This document shows positions 22,483 to 33,772 of a stretch of DNA of 64,000 bases, in pieces. Every line of letters starts with the position of its first letter. Positions within the stretch are counted from its first letter, which is position 1. The notes beneath the pieces were generated by a model. It searched no databases and had not been told where the DNA came from. It saw only the letters and a program-made list of their open reading frames with translations. The DNA lies in NCBI GenBank assembly GCA_037447605.1, contig CM074805.1, positions 2,265,361 through 2,329,360 on the forward strand. Direction: 5' to 3'. A program made the position numbers and the translations under genes. This stretch comes from Zygnema circumcarinatum SAG 698-1b. Lineage: Eukaryota; Plantae; Zygnematophyceae.

Positions 22483-25263
22483 ATGGCGGAGGCCCTCCCG
22501 GGGGGGGCTTGTCGAGGAATGGGGAAGAGGATCATGCTGCTGCAGCTGCTGGTGCTCTCCGCCATGACCAGCGTGCTGGCAGAGGGGCTGAACAGGCGAC
22601 CCTATTGGATGCCGGATGGGAGCGACCGCGGGCTGGCGCATGCAGTGGCGCAGGAAGATGAAGCTCTGGAGAAGGCTTTGCAGAAGAGGATGCGGGAGAG
22701 GGACCTGCAGACGAGGTGCAGTCCGTACAAGATTGAAAACCCCTGGTGCTGCGGCCAGGAGCTTCTCATTTGCGAGAACCTCTGCTTCGACGGGAGGAGC
22801 CTCGTGGGGGTGGGGAATGGCGATGTGCCTCCCTGCGAGCTGGGAGGGGAGGCGGTCCATGGTGGCCCTTTGGAGGCGCAGAGCTGCGACAATGCTGAGC
22901 GCTATAAGGAGTGGGTGGATATGACTTTCAGGGAAGCGGAGTTCGGCCCTTTAGTCATGCGCGAAAGCATAGGAAAGAAGGCGAGGTGGCTGCCAGGCAG
23001 CACTTTTTTGCAGCACTTGGACCAGTCGACTACCAACATTGCGCACTGGATAGGTTCGGTCCCTTCACCGTGACGCCAATTTGTCACTAGAAAATGGGTT
23101 TCTTAATGGGAATGTTAGCTGGTTATTCATCAAGACAGCAAAAAATAGTGAACTCACTATTTTTTGCCTAATGAGCCTTCCTCTCCCTGACACGTGGCTC
23201 CACGATGCAGGCAAGGTGATGCTTCTGCTTATGGTAAACAATGCCACTGTTCCCGCGCTCACTTGCCGCGTAGACCGCTTCGTTCTCGCCCGCGACTATG
23301 ACACGCTGGACAGGTGCGATGGCCGAATGCACAAAGGACTAATGAACAACGCTGGTAATATGCAGAGGACGGCTGATTGCTGAACCTCATGTTAATCTTA
23401 TCAATTCATACTTGTGTGGGTGGGCGTTAGACAAATTGTGAATGTAAGTTTAAGGCGAGGAGACCCTTTTCAAGAATTTGAAAGGAAGTCCTATACTTAG
23501 CTTATCTCGCATTGGTACCGCACATGCTGAAGCATTCTAGTCCTGGTCATGGCAGTGAACCCTCCCATGATTTCGGAATCACAGTAAGGAGAGACGTCGA
23601 GAAATTTGTGAGCATTGAGACAAAAGACAGCGTTTTTGTTGCAAGTGACTGCGACTGAAACAATTACACCAATTTTGGGAATTCTTTTTGGTATGATAGA
23701 GATGAAGTAATGATTACCCTTGGCATTCATCCAATGCTGTTTAGGAAAACAAGGTAGGTGACAGTCTCATATTCTTGGCACGGAACAGTGTGGAAAACTG
23801 GCTTTCGGATTGCGCATCAAAAGTACAACCTAAACCACTTCCATCAAAATGTAGCTCTCAATACCTGTCAAATGCCATATAGGCCACTGCTCTTGCAGCC
23901 TGACAGTTGCATCGCAATCTTACCACTGTTTCCACTCTTTCGAGTGCTTCCAGGATGCGATTCTTTGGCTCCGAAGGGTTCCATGCGCAGACTCTTCATC
24001 TTCTACTGTTTGCAGCCCTCCAGCCACTCTTGGGCTCCAGTCTGAAGTATTCCCAAACGTTCGCCGCTCACAAAGTGTTGGGAGAAGCTCCTATGGCGTT
24101 CGGCCGTGTTCTTTTCGAACCTTTTCTCCAAGCAGCCTCGGAAAATCGCCCTGTCTGCATGGAGAGAGCAGTGGTTCCAGGCTCGTTGAAGGTCCGCTCT
24201 CGATCACTCATCTAAATGTTCTTCAAATGGAAGCTTTATGTCGTGTCTGTTTTAATCACATGGAAGGTAGCTGTCTGATATTTAACCACATGTTATTTGC
24301 AGGCAATGTCATTCGTGGGAGGTTCTAAGGCAGCTGAAATTTTTCAGAAAATGGCTTGGAAAATGCTGAAGGTGGAATCTGGAGGCTCTGCCTTCCAGAC
24401 CTCCAAGCTTCGCCTGCTATGGATTGAGCGCAAGGTCAGCAGTCTTGGCCGGAGGCGCCAAATGCTTCCTGAGAGCAAGGAAGCCTTGAGAAAACTCTTG
24501 CATTCACTAAATATGGAGGTTGTAGAAATAGACTTTGAAGGCCTGACGTTTAAACAGCAAGTCCAAATAGTGCACGATGCCGACATCATCATCGCCCTTC
24601 ACGGGGCGGGCCTTATCCCTGCATCGTCATTTGCGGGGCCCACCACTGTAGTGATTGAGATTATGCCCTATCACGTGTTCCACGACTGGTTCTATGTTCA
24701 AAGCGCCAGCGCAGGCGAGAGCTACATGATGCACATGTGCCATCAGGGGAAAGTCGCAGAAGAAGACCGGAAGTTTCAGAACCTCACTACAGACGAGTGC
24801 GTGTTCTTCAACCAAAGCTGCCAGGAATACTTCACTCAGGTGAGCACTTCTTGCACCAGGCTCCATGCTGCAACGGCGGGTCTTTAAGTAGGCGGAGAGC
24901 GCTCCTTATCTGACAGGCCAGCCCTTATTCGAAGGGTAAAGGAGCAGCAGATGCCTTCCCTAAACCTGAAGTACCCTCTCTTCCCTTGTTTGCCTCCGGC
25001 AGTTCCGTCCTGTGGAACTGACAGACAGAGACATAGAAGACCTCCGAGGCGTGCTGGCCGTGGCCGCCGTAGTCGCAAAGAGCTCAAAGCTGAAGGATGC
25101 GGCGGAGAGGCGGCGCGCATTTGAGGGGCTCTATGTGGACGCGTGCGTCAGCCGTCGGGTGGAACGGAACTGCCGCACGGACCTCCTGCGCTCTTCGTGG
25201 CACGACCCCGCGGCCTCCTGCGTCATAAAGCAGGACTGCAACGGGAACGGGAACGGGAACTGA
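22483..25263 (+). CDS. Glycosyltransferase family 61 (DUF563) protein with N-terminal hydrophobic signal/anchor
   Basis: N-terminal hydrophobic stretch (MLLQLLVLSAMTSVLA); TTNIAHWIG; PVCMERAVVPG; LRLLWIERK...RRQ; DFEGLTFKQQVQIVHDADIIIALHGAGL...VVIEIMPY (24303-24839); last exon 25003-25263. Start is at 22483 or 22519; middle exons are not fully resolved. Confidence 0.85.
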
Positions 25264-25846
25264 TTGTGACGGGAAGATGTAAAGTTAAATTGTAACGGAA
25301 AACTGCTCCCAAGGGCCATGTGCTTATATGCTCCGGCCTACCGTCCAAACGAGGACTCTCCGGCCCCGAGTGGTTCCATCGAGCAGTGTGGGAGAGCTTT
25401 GCCATTTGTTCAATTCCTTGCTGTATTGTGTACAGAAAGGCGTTCACTGTCAGATCTACAAGTAGACCGTTCTTCAGATCCTCAGTTCATAGACGTACCA
25501 AGTTGTTCTTAGCGGGGCAGAGTCAACGCTCTTGTGAATAGAAGTGTAAAAGAGATTTCCCGTCCGTTGAATTCACAGCTTCTGACGATTTTTTGCCGGC
25601 CCTTCTAAAAAAAAACAGGGTAATTTCAAAACATCCGCTGGAGAAATGTGGCCGCTATGGGCCTTACCCATGCACAAATAGGCCATGCTACAGTGGAATG
25701 CCCTATCGTTTCGAATGAATGTACCCGCCGCTGAAGAGCACAAAAGGCTTTAACCGATCCATCCTAACAAACAAATCAGAAGCAAACACACCCTTCAGTC
25801 CAGAAGGGTGCGCCAAAGCCTCTAGAGAAACATGAGATTTCGGCAG

Positions 25847-28463
25847 TCAGGAAGCGACTTTCTCAAATCGCGCCGCTGCTTTTTCTGGGGAAGGGATAGA
25901 AGTTCGCTTTGCGTACGCCTCCTCCAGCGCCTGCAGCATCACAAGCAGTTGAAAGTTTAGGCCTTGGTGCCGAATGGCGAATGCCTGCCTTGCAGTGCCT
26001 TGCAAATGGAGCAAGGACGAAAGGAAAAACGAGAAAAGCAGCAGGAGCAAAATGATAAATTCGCGGAATGGTTCTTCTTTTCATGGATGGCCCCATCTGT
26101 GCGATGCGCTACACCAACTTGAGGTCAACATTTACAAATCCGCACCTCGAGGTCCTCACTAACTGTCTGTAAGACCTCCAAAGTCATCCGGTCGTGGAAC
26201 AAAGTCCCCTGCCACATGGTTCGGAAATTAAAGCTGCGTCAGCAGAAAAAAAGGAGCCATCCACTGGAAAACAAAAAAAAACAAAACAGCAACATGAGGG
26301 TTAGCAAGTGGCTCCTCCAAGACAGGACCAAGTCCGGTAAACTCCATAGACCTCAACATGGCAAGACGATAATTGCTGCCCTCCAACACAAGTTACAAGA
26401 GTCCTGCGGCATCTGTGAATCTGTGAAGGGCGCTAGAATTTAGTAATCCACTCTCGCCTGACAACCGACCCCGCCAATCGCTGTCGTGAGGACCTGACTA
26501 GCTCGCTTCCAAACAAGAAATGGCTCATGTGAGCTTCTCAGCATTTTTAATGTTTCCAACAAGAGCGATAGTACGCCCTCTGCATTCACTCAGCTTTTCT
26601 TTATCCCGAGTGGTACGGTTGCGAAAGCACCATGCAACCACGACTCATTGAGGTTCCAAATGGCAGAAGTCAGTCCAGCAGGTTTTACCTCAAGATGGTC
26701 ATATTCATGCTGAAAGATTCGCGCCTGAAAATCCTTCAGATTGATGCTGAATTTGCGGCCCGTAAGATCTTGAGCTTCCACCTTAACACCTACAGCACGC
26801 TGCCCTCATCCCACTCCAATAGTTTCATCGCGAATGCAGCAGCTTCGGCAGCTGATCGTCACACCACAAAAAAAAAAAAAAATCCTTCACAGGTGAACTC
26901 TGCGCAACTGCACCTGCTGTACAGACAAGCAACCCTCCTAAAGCTGTGAGAGTCTCATTGCATATAACTCACTTCTACAGGAGCCTCAAAAAGGCCTTGG
27001 CCATCCTTGGAAGGGAACGAAAGGCAGCCTTCTATGTCGACCTCCTTGTCCTTGGTGTAGTTTACAATGCGCGGATTCACCAGCACGTACTCTGCGCCCT
27101 TCCCTCGCTCTCCCTTCGGGTTGTACACCATCAGCCGCACGTTCACCCCCACCTGCGGCGCTGACAGGCCCACACCGTCTGTCCTGAATGCATCACCCGC
27201 CCCAATATTTGCGTGCAACGGAGGTTATCGATCATCGAAGAGCTCTCATAAAGGAAGAAGGCGAGGGAAGTAGGCCTTTCCTCACTGCAACTGAGGTGAC
27301 TGCTTGTGCTACCTGCCCAGATTAATACTGGAAAATTCAGCTATTTTATAGGATCTTCACTGCGCTCGAAGCCCTGGACTTGGAAGCACTTGTTTATTAT
27401 CAGGTTGTAGAAAACTCTGAGCATACTCGTTTACATCTCTAACCATAGGTCTCACAAATCAACAAACGATCGTTGAAATAATCTGTGGCGCATCGTCAGG
27501 TACAGAATTCATTTAGTGCTTAACATCCAAAACTCCCCAATACCCTCTTGTATTCACTTAAGTTCATGTCGAGATGATTAAAGAGATGACACTCATCATT
27601 TCCTATCCCGCCTTTGATGCTAAACTTATACTTGCATCAAGTTCTGAAAGTCAATTGATAACCAGCTTGATCTCAAGATATGGCCCAACATCGCCGCCAC
27701 CGGAGCTCTGCAACTGCTGAAAAAAACAATAGGAATTCTGAAAACTGGCCTTGAAGAACAACTCTGTAAACGCAACTCACTTGTACATGACGTCAAACAT
27801 TTCAGCAACAAGCTCCTGCAGCCTTTCATCAAATACAAGTATCTTCTTATTCTTCGCTCGAAGTCGAGGATCAGGATACAGCACAATGCTCAAAGGAGAA
27901 TCAAATTCCACAGGTCCTGCAGCAGGGACGAAAAAAGCGAGGGGGAAGAGAGAGGGCCAAGTTATTCAATGGCTAAGCTGCAGCTATCTTGCCATCATGT
28001 AAGAATTTGGAAACAAGAGTAATCGCACCGCTCTGTTTTCCAATATTCTCAATCAAACGCAAACAAGTTCCACTTCAATAAACACAACCATTTCGGGACA
28101 ATTGCGAACCCTACCTGCACTTTTTTCTTCTCGAATGTTTTTCAACTCGTCGAACAGCCCTCTCCTAGCAGCCCTCACTACAACGCCGCCATTTCTCTCG
28201 CTCGTATGCAGCCTTTTCCTGCAACCGCCTCTCAATACACGAACCCCTTCTCTCTCCCAAAAGGGAGTCCCCGCGCCACACACAGCCTGCCGAATGCCAT
28301 CCCACCGCGCCCCCCCCTTCAACTCCTTTCCTCCCACCCAGCCCCTCACGCCCAAGCTCGGAGCAGCGCTCAGAAAATTCGGCGGGCAGGCGGCAGTAGA
28401 GAGACGGCAGATGGAGGCAGGCAGGGTGGAAGAGCGGAGAGCTGGAAGCAGTTGGCCCTGCAT
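25847..28463 (-). CDS. PDF1B: Plastid peptide deformylase (PDF1B type) with transit peptide
   Basis: Transit-like exon from 28463; PLSIVLYPDPRLRAKNK; motif 1 GVGLSAPQVG; motif 2 EGCLSFP; motif 3 ARIFQHEYDHLE; GTLFHDRM; last exon ALEEAYAKRT...KVAS* ending at 25847. Confidence 0.95.
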
Positions 28464-28765
28464 GGCTCCTCGCCCTGCCAGGCTCAAGAAGAAGCTCTTG
28501 GCACGAGCGAGGGTGCGCTAGGAGAAAGCGCGCTAGAGAGGGGCGGCCAGCGCGGGGTGAAAGGCGGACCCTTTTCTTCCTCGCCAGCTCCCGCGCGAGC
28601 GAACAATTTTCAGGCGCTTGTGCTGAGGACGACGCTTCCTGCCCTCTCCTTCCTGCGACTCTCTTCACAGGAAGAGAAGGTGCCCAGCAGGAGGGGCTTC
28701 TTGTGTTCCGTATCAAGAGGAGGTGTGAGAAGGGGCAGCGGGCACAAGGTGTAAGTGCACCAGAA

Positions 28766-31759
28766 ATGATGGAGCAGTCCCAGCAGCAGCAACAGGTGGG
28801 CTTGCAGTCCATGGGGCATCCGGGCTACATGGCTCCTCCTGGGCATTACCCCATGCAGCCACCGCCGCCATTCGGGCAGGCTCTAGCTTCTCTGCCTACT
28901 CCTGGGCTGGCGTTTTTTAGCCCCTGGGAGCCACCGCCTCACGTCACGCCTCCTCCTTCTGATGCCGACCTCCAGAAGCGCATTGACAAGCTTGTGGAAT
29001 ATGCTGTCAAGAACGGGCCACAGTTTGAAGCTTTAATGAAGGAGAAACAGAAAAGCAATCCTGCCTATGCCTTTCTTTCCGGTGGTGAAGGCCATGAGTA
29101 TTACCGCTATAGGCTCTGGAGTGCTGTGACTCCGATGCCTGCAGCCGGCATGCCGAATGTTCCACCCCCGTTACAGCCGCAGCAGACTTTTGGAGGGGGT
29201 GGGTTAGGGAGTCAGTCTGATCCTGCTTTTGGGTCAGGCCTCCCGTTCTATGACTCGCAGGTGGGAGTTCCCGCTCCTCTCCCTGCTGTGCCATTTCTGG
29301 CACCGTATTCGACCGCCACGGTCGGAGGCGCCGACCAGTTCCGCTATCACTCGGCTCCCCCTCGACCGTTTGGTGTTGATGTTTCTGGCGGAGGGGCCGG
29401 TGCTCCTTTTGGAGGAGCTTTGCCACCCGATGTTTCAGCGGAATTGACGCAGATGCTGGAGTCGCTGACTGGGACCAAGGAGGTAATCAAGAATGCGAAG
29501 GGGTGGTTCATGCAAAGAGCGGTATATTCGCAAGCGCTCGTGGAAGCCTTAAAGAATCGAGTGAAGTTGCTGTCAGGAGATCCAGAAAGACAGTTGCACA
29601 TCATCTATCTTATAAACGACATTCTCTTTAACAGGTATGTATCACTTTTATCAATAGTTTTGTCCCTTGAGTCTGTTCTCAAAGCTTATTCATTTCCCTT
29701 CTTTGGGAGGTACAGAGCTTTTTTGCGAAGCATATCAAATTTAACTAGTGTTATTGAGGTGCCAAATGCCTAATGAACATGATAATTCGACTACTGTAGC
29801 AATGGACAGTTTAAAGGTCCACACCTTAAACCTCTTAATTTCACAAATATTTCACGACGGCTTTGTGATGATGAGCTCAAACCTTGTAAAGCGAGAAAGA
29901 GCAAAAGGATCTCTCTCAATCTGATAAGTTTGCTTACTTTCATCAGAAATAAAGAAAAAACGCTAAAAATTCTAAATCGAAATGGGGCAGCGAACTAGAA
30001 AGACCCAATTAAGCCCATGTGTTCACTTTTCCATTCCATCGTTTGAAGATATGGAGAAATTCACAACTCAATGAACCACCAACCATACACAGCGATAGAA
30101 GCGAGGTGTACTATAGATGCTTGAACTTCCGTTGGCAAAGACATCTTTATCGTGCATGTCCAGAAATTCTCTGTCATATCGTCTCCATCCCCCGATGTTG
30201 TCAACTGTTGCTGGGAGTTTCTTTCTATCAAATCTTCAATGAATATATAGCTATGAGCGCTCAACCCTAGTTTCCTGCTGAGACAACTGGAAATTCCTGA
30301 TGCAAATGGAAACTACATCTAAGTAAAAGTGTTCACTATGAATACTTTATTTTCTTCGAAACTTTGGGTGTAGTCGTTGCAGCGCGGTCATTCACTGGAA
30401 GATATGACTTTTCCTTTGTAGCTTAGCACTTTTGAGGCACTCCTTGTTGCTAGATAAGTTGCAGGGCAAGGCTATTTGGTTTCGTGGTCAGGCAGAAGGA
30501 TGGCACTTGCTATTTTTTAAATGGATTATGCACTACTTTACTTCTTTACTCGAACTATGTTGTGCCAATGCATGACGAGGATGGGGCTGAGGCCGCAGTC
30601 TGCAGCACAGGTCGGCGCCCACAGAGCTCGACCAGGTAGCCCTCGCATTCCGCCCTGCTTTAGGCGTCATCCTGGCTACCATCTACCACGGAGCCAACAA
30701 CTCGGATGCCAATCAGGACCGCCTGCGCAAAATACTCGATTTCTGGGGGGCGAAAGAGGTGTATGACAACGACACCATCAACCAGCTGGAGGGAGAAATG
30801 ATGGCTGGTCCGCCTCCTTCCGAGCTAACAACTTCGATTGGGCCGCCCGCAGCTCCTGGTATGCCCAGCTCTGCAGACTTCAGTCCTGTTTCTCCTTCTG
30901 ATTCGCGTCACGTGAACGACACGAGTTTGTTTTCTGCTTCCTTTATGACAGTCGCCATGAAGATGTGAAACTCAATCAAACAGGAAGTATCTGTCCACTG
31001 CTAGCGATCTCAGTGCTCGGGAGCTAACGCTGTCTATGAGCGCTGAACCTATCGCCTGATGACGCGTGTCCTGCAGGCCTGTTCTTTCCAGCGCGCTGGC
31101 CAGCCCCCGAGCAGCAGGCACTGGCCCAAGTGCCCTTCCTCGCCGCGGGGCCATTTCCTCCTGCTTCTGCTCCGGGGCTCTTCCCCTCTGGGCCGGGGCC
31201 GGCCCAGTTTCAGCCGGCTTCGGTCCAACCGGCCCAGCAAGAGCCCGGCCCGCCCGAGCAACCGCCATATCCTTTGTTTCCGCCAGGTCTCATTCCGGGG
31301 ATGGTCAGGAAGATGCAGATAGGTAGTGGGGTGCCGTATGCGTCGATCAGTCCGGCGGATATACCGACGCAGATCCCTCCTCAAACAGTTTCCGAATCGT
31401 ATATATTGAAGAGAATAAAGAAATACTTTAAGGCTATAGGGGAAGTGGATCCCTTGGAGGGTCAGGTTGATGTGCCGGAGGATGATGATGATAGGGAAGG
31501 CGAGGGGATTGGACTTGGTGGCGCCCGAATACCGCCGCCGGCAGTAATGGAAGTGGACCCCGAGACCGGCACTTTGCCGGATGGCAGCGTTGCCAGCAGA
31601 GGCGGCTTGGGGTCCAGTGGGCGAGCAGGCCTAGGAGCCCACGATCCCGAGGAAGAGAGCCAATATGACGATGTATACAGCTCGTATAGGAAGTCTCGGA
31701 GCTCGAACTATCATACATCGCTGAGTGTAAGAGCTGCCATGAAATATGAACATGCGTAA
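28766..31759 (+). CDS. CHERP-like SURP/SWAP plus CID-domain splicing-associated protein
   Basis: SURP domain ([50 protein letters not shown]); CID domain ([16 protein letters not shown]...[14 protein letters not shown]|SLQHR...[16 protein letters not shown]); Pro-rich linker; C-terminal [16 protein letters not shown]. Exons 28766-29634, from 30599, and ~31077-31759. Confidence 0.87.
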
Positions 31760-32796
31760 AATCACCTCTGCTGCAGACAGAGAATGATGGACGACGCCTT
31801 GTGAAGCCTTGGACATGCAGTTGACAAGCAGCGGTGGGGCTATGCGGGGAGTTGCGGGAATGCTGGTGAGAGCTGGTTGGAAAAATGGCATCTGATTGAA
31901 AACTGCTCGAATCTCTTCGGAAACTCGCCATACTCTGCTTTTTTGCAAACATGATCATATGCAAGCTCAGTTCTCAGCTTTGAAAAAAAAAGAAAAGGGG
32001 GGAGTCAAAGAAAAACCTGTCTGCATGAGACTGAAGTGACCAGAAAACTATTCGCCCCTGTTCCATGAAAGCTCAGTAAACTAAGCAAACTACCTACTTT
32101 GCAACATCCTCTTCTGCTGCAAGAGAACCTTTTAACGGTTTTGTGCCGAAAAAAAAAAAGGTCGTCTGGCTCCTTATAGCACCCGTTTAGACGTAGGAAC
32201 ATAAGCGGCCGAGGTCCGACTGCTTATCTCACGTCCATACACATTTGGACGAGAGAAGACTGGTACTACGAGCTAAAGATCATTATAAGGTCGACAGCGC
32301 TGAACCCATCGAAGGAACGGAGAGAAACAAATACGATAAAGCGAACGGAAACAACTATCTAAAGAGGAGGCCAGGCAGCACTCCGCTTATTTATTAGCAG
32401 GCCAATGAACTCTCTCGCTCTGCTTAGAGGAGAGGAGCCGAGTCGGTCGCAGATTGCAGGCACAGCATGAACCGGTTCTAGGGGCAGGCCCGTAAATCCC
32501 CTGCGTTCAACCTCTGCCTGAGCGGCCTTCACCAGGTTCCAGGACAAAAAGGAATGCAGGCAGCAGCGATTCCCAGCACTGCGCGTGCTCGGACTGAAGG
32601 GATAGCCGGCCGCGGCTCCAGTCCCGGGAAAACCTGCATACGCAACGAAAAGGCTTTGCCTAGTTATGCAATGCACACATGTGCTTCTCCATTAGGCTCA
32701 AATCGGTATGACCTCCGACAGAATCCGAACCAAACAGAAATGTGCGAGTGTGAATGCAAGCAGATCTCCTTCTAGTATGGCGCTCACCCAAATAAC

Positions 32797-33636
32797 CAGG
32801 GTTCGTCAAATAGGGGATTTCGGCTTAAGATAGGGGACTGTCCCCTAAATTGGTTTTGTAAAAACACGTAAATATGGAATGTACGGATGAAACCGTACAT
32901 GTACGGACGAGACAGGAATAAGGAAGACAGGAATTGTTTGGGAGAAAGACGAGTTTCGAAAGAGGTTGACAGACTTTTCATTGGAAGGAATTCTTCACTG
33001 CAAACAGTTTGATAGTTTGACCGCTCTTCGAGGGTCTCTTTGAGTAGTTTGCATCACTTCTATAGCTGTCTTGTTCAGCCTAAAACTCCTAAGGGAGTGG
33101 ACCATTTTTCATTTCATTTCTAATTTTAGTTCCTATTTCAGTTTTTCTTTTGTGACTACACCTAGAATTTCAGAGATTATGATTTGGAATAGAGTTTTTG
33201 TGAGGAAATTTCAAGACTATGATGGATTCTAAAGTGATACTTGGAGTAATTAATGATGGATGGAAAAGGAAATAGAGAGCTTAGGATTGGATCTACAAAG
33301 TTTTCGAGCAATTGGGTTATTGAATAAGCAACTATATGTTGTGATTGCCAAATGCACAGTTGTTCTGATTGATTGGTAAAATTTACCAATCTATAAGAGT
33401 CGAAGAGGTTGCACCAGTTTCTAAAGCCGTGTTGTTATACCAACAAGTAAAGTTCATATACATCATTGCTATCGTGGTTGCAAATGCAATTCATTTCCTT
33501 TTTGTTTTTAACCAAAAAAATGCTTTTTTGGGGCTTGTGTGGTATTTAAGTTGAAATCACGTAAACTAATCTCAAAATCTTACATAAATAAGCTATTTAC
33601 GATATTTAGGGGATCTCCCCTATTTGACGAACCCTG
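32797..33636. mobile_element. Non-autonomous hAT-superfamily DNA transposon (840 bp)
   Basis: Perfect 21-bp terminal inverted repeats CAGGGTTCGTCAAATAGGGGA (32797-32817) / TCCCCTATTTGACGAACCCTG (33616-33636), flanked by an exact 8-bp target-site duplication CAAATAAC (32789-32796, 33637-33644). AT-rich interior with no transposase ORF. Confidence 0.93.
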
Positions 33637-33772
33637 CAAATAACCCTTTCTTTTCTAAAATAATGATTTTACGCCTATCCTGCCGTACCGTACGGCGAGT
33701 GGCCAACAGCGCGGATGGGAGAACTACGCTGCGCCAACCCTAAAAGCTGCGCGGCCGCGGCCATGGCGGGGA

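Noticed and set aside
23490-23700. TGC-TGA pair in the GT61 region as a possible selenocysteine codon
   Set aside because: Several more stops follow in that frame and it has no selenoprotein-like context; probably intron.
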